Source: Candidatus Iainarchaeum sp. (GTDB lineage Archaea; B1Sed10-29; WALL01). From it: a DNA stretch of 18,562 nucleotides. The position numbers and the translations under genes are program-made. The notes under the pieces are model-generated. The model was not told the origin of the DNA. It searched no databases and worked only from the letters and a program-made list of their open reading frames with translations. Each line of letters starts with the position of its first letter. Position 1 is the stretch's first letter. Location: the NCBI GenBank assembly GCA_021162685.1, contig JAGGYF010000001.1, positions 1 to 18,562 on the forward strand, given 5' to 3'. Positions 1 to 8,456 of the stretch are shown piece by piece.

Positions 1-2
1 CC

Positions 3-2810
3 GAAAAAGCAAATGAGATTGCGGAGGATATTTTAAAAAGGTTGAGGATCCCAAGAGGCATCCCTCGCATTGAAAAGATAATTACAACAATGGAGGAAAT
101 GTTGAGAGAGGGTCAACTCTGGAATGGAAGGATCCCACACAAAACAATATGTAGTAAATATGGTTTTAGTGATACTGTGTTGCTTGATGCACTAGCACAA
201 GCCTCCCCAGAACACATGCAAAAACTGGATGAGATATATCTAAAAAAGGAAGAAGCAAAGAGATCTGGTGTACTTGAGAGAGACATAGATCCGATTGCAC
301 GCAAAATTGCTCATAAACATGGATTGCATGTTGCATCTGAAGATGAATTTGATGAATTGTTTACAAAAGCGCACAAAGAATTAACAGAGATACATGCAAA
401 TGAGAAAAATTTAACATACGAAGAAGCATCAAAAAAGGCTGCAGAAGCCATAAGAAGAATACTGAATATTGATAATCGATTTTTTTCTTGGACAAAAATT
501 ACAAATGCTACTCGAGATGAGCTCCACAGATACTGTGATATGTTTGGTTTACAATACTCTAAAAATGAGACGACCCATAGCACAAGAATAAAATTATTTA
601 AACATTTCAGGATGGAAAACAGACTAGAAGAAAAAGCAAAAAAACTTGTTGCTGCATATGATGCGCTAAAAAAGCCATATAGGGAACCAACAATAGATGA
701 ACTTGTAGAAGCCACGAAACCCACCAACATGAGTGAGTTTTATTTGCTTAGAGAATATGCAAAAAAAGAGCTGAAAAAAGAGATCAAGATTACATTGAAA
801 CATCAGGCAAAATCACTAGATGTTGTATATGAATTGGTGAAAGAAAAAGGGGGCTTTCAACCATCTATCAAAGAAGTTATAGAAAGAACAGGATTGAAAG
901 AATGTGCTGCACATAAATGTATAACCACTGTTATGAAGGCCATAGGGAAAAAAGAAGAAAAGCCATTGGTCACAATAAGGAAAGCAAAGATAAAGGAAGA
1001 TCCATACAGGAAGGTGGCAAGAGATCAGCTTTACATGTTTATCCCAACAGATTATAAGTATTTTATTATGCGTTTTATTGATGAAGGAATTCATTCTAGA
1101 TCATTGTTAGAACACGAAATACTAAAAGTTGGTGGAAGTCCTTATATTAGCCAACGCATATCAAGTATATTAAATGATCTAGAGGAAAAGGGGATTATTC
1201 GATCATCTGGTAGAACCTATGAACTTACAGAACTTGGAAAGAAGATACTTGACGCAACAAACAACCACTTTTATGAGGGAGTTCTACCTATAGAATTAAA
1301 AACAGATGGTTTAGAATGTCTCTCACACACATTTGGGAGAGGGCTGGCAAAATCAAGTTGTAGAACATTTCTAGAATTGGCGGATCTACATGAATCTTTA
1401 CCTGAAAGGAAATGGATAAGCTTTGGAGGAGAAGGAGAGTTAAAGCAGAGGACCTCAACCATTATGAAAAACTTCGCAAGAGTGGGTGCAATAGAATTTG
1501 AAACAGCACCGCCCTGGGAAAGAAAGGAGAGAAAAGGGAGATATGTTTACGAACTCTCAAGTGACATAAAAAAGATAGGGGGGATACCTAAAAGAGAACT
1601 AGAAGAAATAAAGAATATTCCCCTAACTGGAAAATACAATTATGAAACTAAAAAGAGGATTGAAGAACTATTGAAAAAGTACAAAGTATCGCCAGAGGCC
1701 AGAAACATAATAAAATCGCCTGTAGCGCTTCTAGTTGCTTGGTCTCTTGCAAGGGGGGCCACTCAGTATAAAGAGATTGCAAAAAGAGCAGGTATTTCTG
1801 AGATGATGACACGGGGACACATGAATACGTTTCTAAAAAAAGGATTGGTCGTTAGGAGGCCTTATGGCATTAGAATCCGGTTCGAATCTCCATATGCTAT
1901 ACGCATTTTGAATTATTTACGTGCAATGGAGTCCATTATTGTAGAGCATTTGAAGGAAGAAGGAGTAAAACCTCCAAAGCCAAAAGAGGAGCGCGAGAAG
2001 AAAACAACTCCAAAGAAGGTTGAAATGCCTGTGTTCTCTATAGAAAAGATTCCAACCATGGAAGAAGCCATTAGGGACCTAGAGAAGAGGGGATATATAA
2101 GCGATGCAGAAGAAAGAGCAAAAAAATCTATTGAACTACTCAGAAAACTGCATAAGGAACTTGGAGAAGAAAATCCAGACCCATCTAGAGTCAGGCAACT
2201 TGTGGTAGAATGGGGCGTATGGTATGGGATACCTAGTTGTAAGGATATTGCCAAATGTATACCAAAACCATTCTCTATTAGATTTGGCGCAGTTAGTAAA
2301 CGAATATCAAAAGCTGGAAAAAGAGATCCGAAATTACTAGAAAAATGGGAAGAAAACCAATATCACAATCCAAATTCAGTGATCTATCGCGATGTAGAGG
2401 GTCTAACAAAAGACAGAACGCTTCCAGAAAAGGTGAAGGCCTTATATGAAATGTGCAGACGTGCAGAAGAAGGAGAAAAAATAAACATTGGAGAAGTGAG
2501 TATAAAGACTGGTTTGGATAGAAAAACAGTTAGGGATATATTGACAGAGGGAGTAGATGAGTATATTGCAAAGAGACCAAGAGGAAAAATAGCATTTATG
2601 GTGCAACTTGCAAATGAGATGGTACCATCACCGCTTGAAGAAGAGATTGAGAAGATTATAGAGGATGCCAACAAGCGGCCTTTGGTTATGAGGCAGGCGG
2701 TTATTGAGAAGGAAATAGAAAGGCTCGTTGTAAAATATGCTGAAGAAAAGGGAATTTCTATGGAAGAAGCATATGAGAGGATAATGAAACTATTTGAAGA
2801 ATATACCTAG
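3..2810 (+). CDS. Large multi-HTH/winged-helix orphan protein, 5'-truncated by the window edge (>935 aa)
   Basis: The frame is open from position 3 (EKANEIAEDILKRLRIPRG...), so the TTG at 42 is probably not the start. Several HTH/wHTH-like segments: PTIDELVEAT; PSIKEVIERTGLKECAAHKCI; ISSILNDLEEKGIIRSSGRTYELTELG; QYKEIAKRAGISEMMTRGHMNTFLKKGLV; INIGEVSIKTGLDRKTVRDIL. No catalytic motif recognised. Confidence 0.8.
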   Translation, partial: EKANEIAEDILKRLRIPRGIPRIEKIITTMEEMLREGQLWNGRIPHKTICSKYGFSDTVLLDALAQASPEHMQKLDEIYLKKEEAKRSGVLERDIDPIARKIAHKHGLHVASEDEFDELFTKAHKELTEIHANEKNLTYEEASKKAAEAIRRILNIDNRFFSWTKITNATRDELHRYCDMFGLQYSKNETTHSTRIKLFKHFRMENRLEEKAKKLVAAYDALKKPYREPTIDELVEATKPTNMSEFYLLREYAKKELKKEIKITLKHQAKSLDVVYELVKEKGGFQPSIKEVIERTGLKECAAHKCITTVMKAIGKKEEKPLVTIRKAKIKEDPYRKVARDQLYMFIPTDYKYFIMRFIDEGIHSRSLLEHEILKVGGSPYISQRISSILNDLEEKGIIRSSGRTYELTELGKKILDATNNHFYEGVLPIELKTDGLECLSHTFGRGLAKSSCRTFLELADLHESLPERKWISFGGEGELKQRTSTIMKNFARVGAIEFETAPPWERKERKGRYVYELSSDIKKIGGIPKRELEEIKNIPLTGKYNYETKKRIEELLKKYKVSPEARNIIKSPVALLVAWSLARGATQYKEIAKRAGISEMMTRGHMNTFLKKGLVVRRPYGIRIRFESPYAIRILNYLRAMESIIVEHLKEEGVKPPKPKEEREKKTTPKKVEMPVFSIEKIPTMEEAIRDLEKRGYISDAEERAKKSIELLRKLHKELGEENPDPSRVRQLVVEWGVWYGIPSCKDIAKCIPKPFSIRFGAVSKRISKAGKRDPKLLEKWEENQYHNPNSVIYRDVEGLTKDRTLPEKVKALYEMCRRAEEGEKINIGEVSIKTGLDRKTVRDILTEGVDEYIAKRPRGKIAFMVQLANEMVPSPLEEEIEKIIEDANKRPLVMRQAVIEKEIERLVVKYAEEKGISMEEAYERIMKLFEEYT

Positions 2811-2845
2811 ACATTAATTTTAAATATACCTAGACATTAATTTTA
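2800..2845 (+). repeat. Perfect 23-bp tandem duplication (AATATACCTAGACATTAATTTTA x2)
   Basis: Read directly: copy 1 at 2800-2822 includes the TAG stop of the upstream gene; copy 2 is at 2823-2845. Confidence 0.95.
2819..2826 (+). promoter_or_regulatory. Archaeal TATA box (TTTAAATA) for a leaderless transcript of the 1424-aa gene
   Basis: TTTAAATA ends 23 nt before ATG 2850. The same motif at a 21-22 nt spacing precedes ATG 12756 and ATG 16108. Confidence 0.6.
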
Positions 2846-2849
2846 ATTC

Positions 2850-5800
2850 ATGCCCAGGGGTCGAAAGAAGGGAACCAAGGTATCTGAGAGGTACAATCCC
2901 AAGAGATTTTACCCACAAGAACATTTGAAAAAATTGGAGCCTTTTGGCGGATACTTTGAAAAAGGAGACAAGATAGAAATTCTGAAAAGGATTCATGAAC
3001 TACGTGCTAAAGGAGAGTTTCCTGAATACCCAAAACCCCTACAAGAGATTGTGTATAAGGTTATAAGAGAGGGGGAAAAACCCCCTTATGGATTCTTTGC
3101 TCATCCTGAAAACAATGCAATGCTAGTAAGAGAGATGATCCTAAAGGTAGCTGAAGAAGAAGGAGTAACGCCCGAAGATGTTGTTAAAAAAATCAACTGT
3201 GATCACTTTGGTCTACATGGGATTATATCTGCATATATGCACTTTGGTTCATTACACAATGCTGTTGCCGCAGCAGGATTTGAACCAATTAAGAAAAAGG
3301 AGGCATACATTGAACCAAAAAGATTGGAAAAGGTAATTAATGCATTGGAAGAGATGATCAAAAATAGAAAACATGAAGAAATTTCCTGGTCAAATGCATT
3401 GTCTAACCTATCTGAAAAGCACGATATGAGTTTTAAAACGCTGCAAGCATTGCTCAATCCCTCCTATGATCGATTCGGTGCTGGAGAGGAATCACTAAAA
3501 AAGCGCATCCTAGAAATTAGAAGACAATGGGGGCTTGATTTCGAACCCATCATTGAAGAACTGATTGGCCTTAGAGAAAAGGTATATGAAGAAGAAAAAA
3601 GACATCCAACACTTGACGAGATATACTCCGTCTCCCCGAAGGCATCAAAAAAGCAGATTGAAAATGCGGTTAGGAAGTTAGAAAGTGAGGGGTTTAAGGT
3701 ACATTCATACACTGCGCTTGCTGTCAGAAAGTTGAGGAAATATCTAATGGAACACAAATCTGTTGACATGGACACCATCATGGAACATATCAAACTGCCA
3801 GAAGCTAGATTAATTGTAGCAAAAAAAATGTTAGAAAAAAACGGCGAGATTGAAATAAGGGACGGAAAGATCATAAGCAAAGAAGAAAAGATTAGGGAGA
3901 AACATCTATCAGACCTTCTTCAATTCTACCATGAATTCCATAACAAAGACATATACACCACATACGAGATAGCAAACTTCCTTGGTATAGAGCATGATGA
4001 AGCAAGGCGAGTAGCAGAACGCCTTGGGATTAAACTCACAGCTCCAACCTACGAAGAAGTCTATGAAATTACTCCTGAGTTCACTCATGATTTACTTGGT
4101 TGGTTAATTGAACACTTCAAGGAGAATAAGACTGTTAAAACAACTACATTGTATGAAGTGTTTAAGGACGTTAAGGGAGAAAAGGTGAAAAAGCATGTAG
4201 GGAATGCACTATACAAACTAAAAAAGAGGGGGCTGATTAATAACGCAAAGGTAGGTGAATGGACACCAAGTGGTTTATTGAAAGAAGTGTTGAAAAAAGA
4301 GGGAATAGAAGTATATGAGCCGTATATTCGTGAAGGTTATGAAAAAGTATATGAAGTTGCTCCTGGGTTCACTCATGATTTACTTGGTTGGTTGATTGAG
4401 CACTTTAGAGAGAATAAGACAGTTAGTGCATCTACGTTACAGAAAGTGTTCAAAGATATTGCAGGAGAGAACACCAAGGGGTATGTAGAAAATAGAACAC
4501 AATGGCTGAAAAAGAAAGGCCTTGTTAAGAGTATAAAAAAGGATGTGTGGATCCCGGATGGATTATTGAAAGAGGCATTGAAAAAGGAAGGAGTTGAGGT
4601 ATACGAACCATATATTCGTGAAGGTTATGAAAAAGTATATGAAGTTGCTCCTCAGTCTACACATGATTTACTTGGTTGGTTGATTGAGCACTTTAGAGAG
4701 AATAAGACAGTTAGTGCATCTACGTTACACGATGTGTTTAAGGAGATTATAAATAAGGATGCCGTGGGAGAGATAGGGAATAGATTACAAGAATTGAAAA
4801 AGAGAGGATTGATCAAGAATATAAAGGTAGGAGTGTGGGCTCCAGATGGGTTATTGAAAGAAGTGTTGAAAAAGGAGGGAATAGAAGTATATGAACCAAA
4901 GGGCTACGACAAGGTTTATGAGGTTGCTCCTAATTTCACACATGATGTACTTAGTTGGTTGATTAAGCAATTTGGAAGAAACAAAGTGGTTGAAACATCC
5001 ATATTGTATAAAATTTTTAGAGATGTTGCAGGGGAAAACAGTATAGGATACGTAGGAGGAGCGTTGCATGAATTGAAAAAGAAGGGATTGATCAAAAAGG
5101 TAAGGAAGGGGGCATGGATTCCAGATGGGTTATTGAAAGAGGTGTTGGAAAAAGAGGGAATAGAAGTATATGAACCAAAGGGTTATGATAAGGTTTATAA
5201 CACCACCCCCCCATCTACGCATGATGTGCTTGGTTGGTTAATTGAACACTTCAAGGAGAATAAGACTGTTAAAACAACTACATTGTATGAAGTGTTTAAG
5301 GACGTTAAGGGAGAAAAGGTGAAAAAGCACGTAAGGGATGCACTATACGAACTAAAAAAGAGGGGGCTGATTAATAACGTAAAGGTAGGTGAATGGACAC
5401 CAAGTGGTTTATTGAAAGAGGCATTGGAAGAGGAGAGGGAAAGGATTGCTGAGATTAAACCACCTGACCGTAAATTAATAAAGAAATGCTTAGAGCACTT
5501 CCAATTCCTACTTGATGAAAGAGGGTATTTAGGTGAAGAACCACCATGGAAAGAACTTGCGGAACATGTTGGCAGGACACCAGACGAAATCAAATCATGG
5601 TTCAATGCGGAGTATATGAACAAAAAGGAATACACTAAATACCAAAAACTGCTAGAGAGAAACAAAAACGAAAAGATAGTTGAAAAGATGCTAAAGAGAC
5701 CACCATACTCTTTTATAATACGGGGGATGCTGGGCGAACTCAAAAACCACAGGGGTATTGCGGAAGTAGTTGATGAATTTGTGACTGGTCATCGCATAGA

Positions 5801-7124
5801 CACAGAGCGATTGGGACTTGATGCCCTTGCTGATAGACTTAGGAAGGAACTAGGGTTTGGGCCATACGGAAGGATAAAAATGCTCCTAGATGCTGGAAGG
5901 ATAAAAGAAGCGCGGGAACTGCTGAGAAGATATTCCAAAACAGTAGAGGACGAAGAACTAAAAAAGGATGTTTCAGAAGTGATAGAAAAACTACAAATAT
6001 TCGACAGAAAGCTTGCAGAACTTATAATAAAGTTCAGGTATAAGCGGTTGAGAAAGTTTATTGGAGAGGAACAGACAAAAGATAAAGCAAAACGAATATA
6101 CAGGATTCTATTGAAGCGACTTCTGAGCGCTGGCCTTGAACCAGAAGATGCTGAGTCTATTGCAAGCGCACTCATGAGGGATAGATTACCAACCTACCTA
6201 GTGGTCCCAGGAGAAGAAGACATCCGGAAAATCAAGGATGAAATTGAAGAAGCGATGAAGACAATCCAGAAGGATGAGGAGGATATAATCGTACACAAGA
6301 CCACTGAACTAGAATCCCTTAAAAAAACGCAAAAACATGAAGGAAAACGTGCTGAGGAGGGTTCTGATAAGGTGGCAAAGCCCCTAAAAAAACGCGAAAA
6401 AGAAGAGCATGAACCAACTGAATTAGAGGCGTTATGGGATGAAAAGAGAAAAGAGGTGTATAATACTACTTCCAGGTTCGCATATGATCTGCTTGATTGG
6501 TTGATTGAACACTTCAAAGAAAATGAAACTATCAGCACATCTACATTACATGAAGTGTTTAGGGATGTTGCAGGAGAGAATGTTGAGAGGTATGTAGCAA
6601 ATAGGTTACACGAATTGAAAGGGAGGGGCTTAATCAGAAGAGTAGGAACAGGCGAGTGGGCTCCAGATGGATTATTGAAAGAAGTATTAGAAAAGGAAAC
6701 TGAAAAACATCCTGAAACATTTGAAAAAGTCGTGGAAGAAGCAAAGGAATTGGTAGGAAAGAAAGAGTATTTGAGTGTGTGGGATAGAATGGATATTCTT
6801 GTTGAAGCATTTAAGGCATTGGCTCGTGACAAAGGACTATTCCGGACATATAATCAATTAAGAATGGAGATGACAGCAACAAGGTTTGCTGTTGCTGTAT
6901 TGTTTGGTCCAGAAGCTGCAGATAGGATGTTCAAGACAAGAAAAGGCCGTATGCGTGAATGGTTAAATGAGCTAGAAAGCAAAGGAATAAGTGAGTTCTT
7001 CATAGTAGAAAATCTTGGAAAAGAAGTAATACCTGAATATTATATGATACTAACTGAGAGAAAAGAAAAAACGATAAAAGAGTTTATGAAAATGATTATA
7101 AATAGAAACACACTAGACTTCTAA
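2850..7124 (+). CDS. Giant (1424 aa) poly-HTH protein with an array of ~95-aa winged-helix repeats
   Basis: ATG start with TATA box upstream. Basic N-terminus MPRGRKKG. HTH-like segments HPTLDEIYSVSPKASKKQIENAVRKL, TTYEIANFLGIEHDEARRVAERLG and PPWKELAEHVGRTPDEIKSWFN. Six copies of a repeat ending in L-K-K-x-G-L-I/V-x5-6-W-x-P-x-G-L-L, a helix-3/wing pattern typical of wHTH. Confidence 0.85.
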   Translation: MPRGRKKGTKVSERYNPKRFYPQEHLKKLEPFGGYFEKGDKIEILKRIHELRAKGEFPEYPKPLQEIVYKVIREGEKPPYGFFAHPENNAMLVREMILKVAEEEGVTPEDVVKKINCDHFGLHGIISAYMHFGSLHNAVAAAGFEPIKKKEAYIEPKRLEKVINALEEMIKNRKHEEISWSNALSNLSEKHDMSFKTLQALLNPSYDRFGAGEESLKKRILEIRRQWGLDFEPIIEELIGLREKVYEEEKRHPTLDEIYSVSPKASKKQIENAVRKLESEGFKVHSYTALAVRKLRKYLMEHKSVDMDTIMEHIKLPEARLIVAKKMLEKNGEIEIRDGKIISKEEKIREKHLSDLLQFYHEFHNKDIYTTYEIANFLGIEHDEARRVAERLGIKLTAPTYEEVYEITPEFTHDLLGWLIEHFKENKTVKTTTLYEVFKDVKGEKVKKHVGNALYKLKKRGLINNAKVGEWTPSGLLKEVLKKEGIEVYEPYIREGYEKVYEVAPGFTHDLLGWLIEHFRENKTVSASTLQKVFKDIAGENTKGYVENRTQWLKKKGLVKSIKKDVWIPDGLLKEALKKEGVEVYEPYIREGYEKVYEVAPQSTHDLLGWLIEHFRENKTVSASTLHDVFKEIINKDAVGEIGNRLQELKKRGLIKNIKVGVWAPDGLLKEVLKKEGIEVYEPKGYDKVYEVAPNFTHDVLSWLIKQFGRNKVVETSILYKIFRDVAGENSIGYVGGALHELKKKGLIKKVRKGAWIPDGLLKEVLEKEGIEVYEPKGYDKVYNTTPPSTHDVLGWLIEHFKENKTVKTTTLYEVFKDVKGEKVKKHVRDALYELKKRGLINNVKVGEWTPSGLLKEALEEERERIAEIKPPDRKLIKKCLEHFQFLLDERGYLGEEPPWKELAEHVGRTPDEIKSWFNAEYMNKKEYTKYQKLLERNKNEKIVEKMLKRPPYSFIIRGMLGELKNHRGIAEVVDEFVTGHRIDTERLGLDALADRLRKELGFGPYGRIKMLLDAGRIKEARELLRRYSKTVEDEELKKDVSEVIEKLQIFDRKLAELIIKFRYKRLRKFIGEEQTKDKAKRIYRILLKRLLSAGLEPEDAESIASALMRDRLPTYLVVPGEEDIRKIKDEIEEAMKTIQKDEEDIIVHKTTELESLKKTQKHEGKRAEEGSDKVAKPLKKREKEEHEPTELEALWDEKRKEVYNTTSRFAYDLLDWLIEHFKENETISTSTLHEVFRDVAGENVERYVANRLHELKGRGLIRRVGTGEWAPDGLLKEVLEKETEKHPETFEKVVEEAKELVGKKEYLSVWDRMDILVEAFKALARDKGLFRTYNQLRMEMTATRFAVAVLFGPEAADRMFKTRKGRMREWLNELESKGISEFFIVENLGKEVIPEYYMILTERKEKTIKEFMKMIINRNTLDF
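4050..5435 (+). repeat. Five tandem intragenic repeats encoding wHTH-like modules (spacings 288, 288, 279, 279 bp)
   Basis: Units start at 4050, 4338, 4626, 4905 and 5184. All share THD(L/V)L(G/S)WLI(E/K)(H/Q)F...GL(I/V)...W.P(S/D)GLLKE.L. Confidence 0.95.
6447..6698 (+). repeat. Sixth, detached copy of the wHTH repeat
   Basis: KEVYNTTSRFAYDLLDWLIEHFKENETISTSTLHEVFRDVAGENVERYVANRLHELKGRGLIRRVGTGEWAPDGLLKEVLEKE aligns without gaps to the tandem units. Confidence 0.92.
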
Positions 7125-7436
7125 TTAGTGATTAGCAACATCCCAAATGCTTACCCACTTTCCTCTTCGCTCCTCGTCACCTGGTACACCGCACTGGACC
7201 TGGATCTCTACTTGTGGTCTCTTTTTCGGTATGTAATCCCTAATAACTGCCTCAAACTCAAACGTCCCTCTTCTTACTCTAATCCTCCCACTATCATCTA
7301 GGTACTCAATCTCAACCTCTGGATACAAACACTCTTTTATAAGCTCAACATCTTCTTGATAGGTAAAGCCGTATTTCTCCATAGTGGTCAGTTTAGCCGA
7401 TGCAATAAGCTTTTTCTCAAACCTGCCCCATCCCAT
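7125..7436 (-). CDS. Hypothetical protein (103 aa)
   Basis: ATG start, fills the gap between two genes, and has a BRE/TATA at the expected distance upstream. No family recognised. Confidence 0.7.
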   Translation of the reverse strand: MGWGRFEKKLIASAKLTTMEKYGFTYQEDVELIKECLYPEVEIEYLDDSGRIRVRRGTFEFEAVIRDYIPKKRPQVEIQVQCGVPGDEERRGKWVSIWDVANH

Positions 7437-7459
7437 GGTTTTTAAATAAGAAAAACTGA

Positions 7460-7474
7460 TTTATAAATGTTTCG
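7460..7474 (-). promoter_or_regulatory. BRE + TATA (CGAAACA-TTTATAAA) for the 103-aa gene
   Basis: The minus strand reads CGAAACATTTATAAA, ending 23 nt before ATG 7436. Confidence 0.6.
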
Positions 7475-7485
7475 CTTGTCGTTGT

Positions 7486-8358
7486 TCATGACGTTGGTTG
7501 ACGAAGGTAAGAATGCGCCTCTGTGATCATGCTCCTTATCAACTCTGCTGATGCCTTCATACGCTCCTTTGACTCCTCTGGGAGGTCTATCTCAATGACT
7601 TTCTCAACACCATTTGCACCAATAACAGCAGGCACTCCCATTGCTACATCCTTTATCCCATACTCTCCATCAAGAACGCATGAGCATGGAATAATCTCTT
7701 GAGTGTCATTGATAACTGCATTAACTAACTGAGATATACATATGGCTGGGCCCCATTGGGTTGCTTTCTTCAATTCAACAATCTCCTTTGCCTCATTCCT
7801 TACCCTATGAAAAACGGTTTCGTCAAGTTCTGGGTTATCTGAGAAAAGTTTTCCGCTATGTGCTCCAAAAACATGTCCTTTATATCCAAGAAAATGTAGC
7901 CGAGTTGTATCAAGGAGGTTGCCAGAACCCAACACCTTGTTCCTATCCAGTGAGGTTTGCTCAAAAAATAAATAGGTCATAACATCATTTGGGTTCGCAA
8001 CATTCACAATAACCCCATTATAGTTCACTTCCTTCAATCTTTCTGATATCTCTCTGATTATATTGGAGTTTATCCTTAGCTGTTCATCAGAGGAGACAAA
8101 GCCCCTCCCTATACCTGCACATACAACCACAACATCTGAGTCCCTTACTAAATCATAATCTATCCCACCAATTACTTTTATTTCCTTCCTTAGCGCATGC
8201 GCTGCATGCATAAGGTCTTTCGCTTCTCCCCTTACTTTCTCCTCCGTTCTATTCAAGAGCACCAACTCGCCTATGTTTGGCACAGTACACACTAGAGAAA
8301 ATGCTGTTGCTATACCTACCTTTCCTACACCAACAATAGAAACCTTTTTACCTTTCAT
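7486..8358 (-). CDS. mdh: Lactate/malate dehydrogenase family protein (LDH-like MDH type, atypical active-site loop)
   Basis: Rossmann motif IVGVGKVG, GEAKDLMHA, DSDVVVVCAG, VANPNDV, LDTTR, catalytic His in GAHSG, GEYGIKDVAMGVPAVIGANGVEKVIE. The family call is firm; the substrate is not. Confidence 0.85.
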   Translation of the reverse strand: MKGKKVSIVGVGKVGIATAFSLVCTVPNIGELVLLNRTEEKVRGEAKDLMHAAHALRKEIKVIGGIDYDLVRDSDVVVVCAGIGRGFVSSDEQLRINSNIIREISERLKEVNYNGVIVNVANPNDVMTYLFFEQTSLDRNKVLGSGNLLDTTRLHFLGYKGHVFGAHSGKLFSDNPELDETVFHRVRNEAKEIVELKKATQWGPAICISQLVNAVINDTQEIIPCSCVLDGEYGIKDVAMGVPAVIGANGVEKVIEIDLPEESKERMKASAELIRSMITEAHSYLRQPTS

Positions 8359-8456
8359 AAACCAACCCGAAAATGAGTGTTATATTTACGTATTTCACAA
8401 ATAAAAAGGTTTGCAAAAATAGAAAGGATTAAATGTTCTTGTGGCAAAATATTATC

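Noticed and set aside
2800-2845. 23-bp repeat as a CRISPR array or target-site duplication
   Set aside because: There are only two copies, with no spacer or inserted element between them, and no cas or transposase genes nearby.
4185-4265. Repeat as a true Z-alpha (Z-DNA/RNA-binding) domain
   Set aside because: KKHVGNALYKLKKRG...W resembles the ADAR1 Z-alpha helix 3, but the key Asn position is Gly/Glu/Arg/Ala, the Tyr is present in only two of six units, and the wing Pro-Pro is absent. Only generic wHTH (also Mrr_N-like) similarity is supportable.
4095-5419. Near-identical units 1 and 5 as a diversity-generating retroelement TR/VR pair
   Set aside because: The five differences are not adenine-specific in one copy (two are C/T, and the A/G changes go in both directions). 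Both copies are coding, and no reverse transcriptase is present in the window.
113-6832. Many minus-strand ORFs (60-212 aa) within the two giant genes, and similar antisense ORFs elsewhere, including 12752-12952, 12774-13238, 17428-17619 and 18287-18550
   Set aside because: They are Ser/Phe/Leu-rich shadows of purine-rich (Glu/Lys-coding) sense strands with no motifs of their own.
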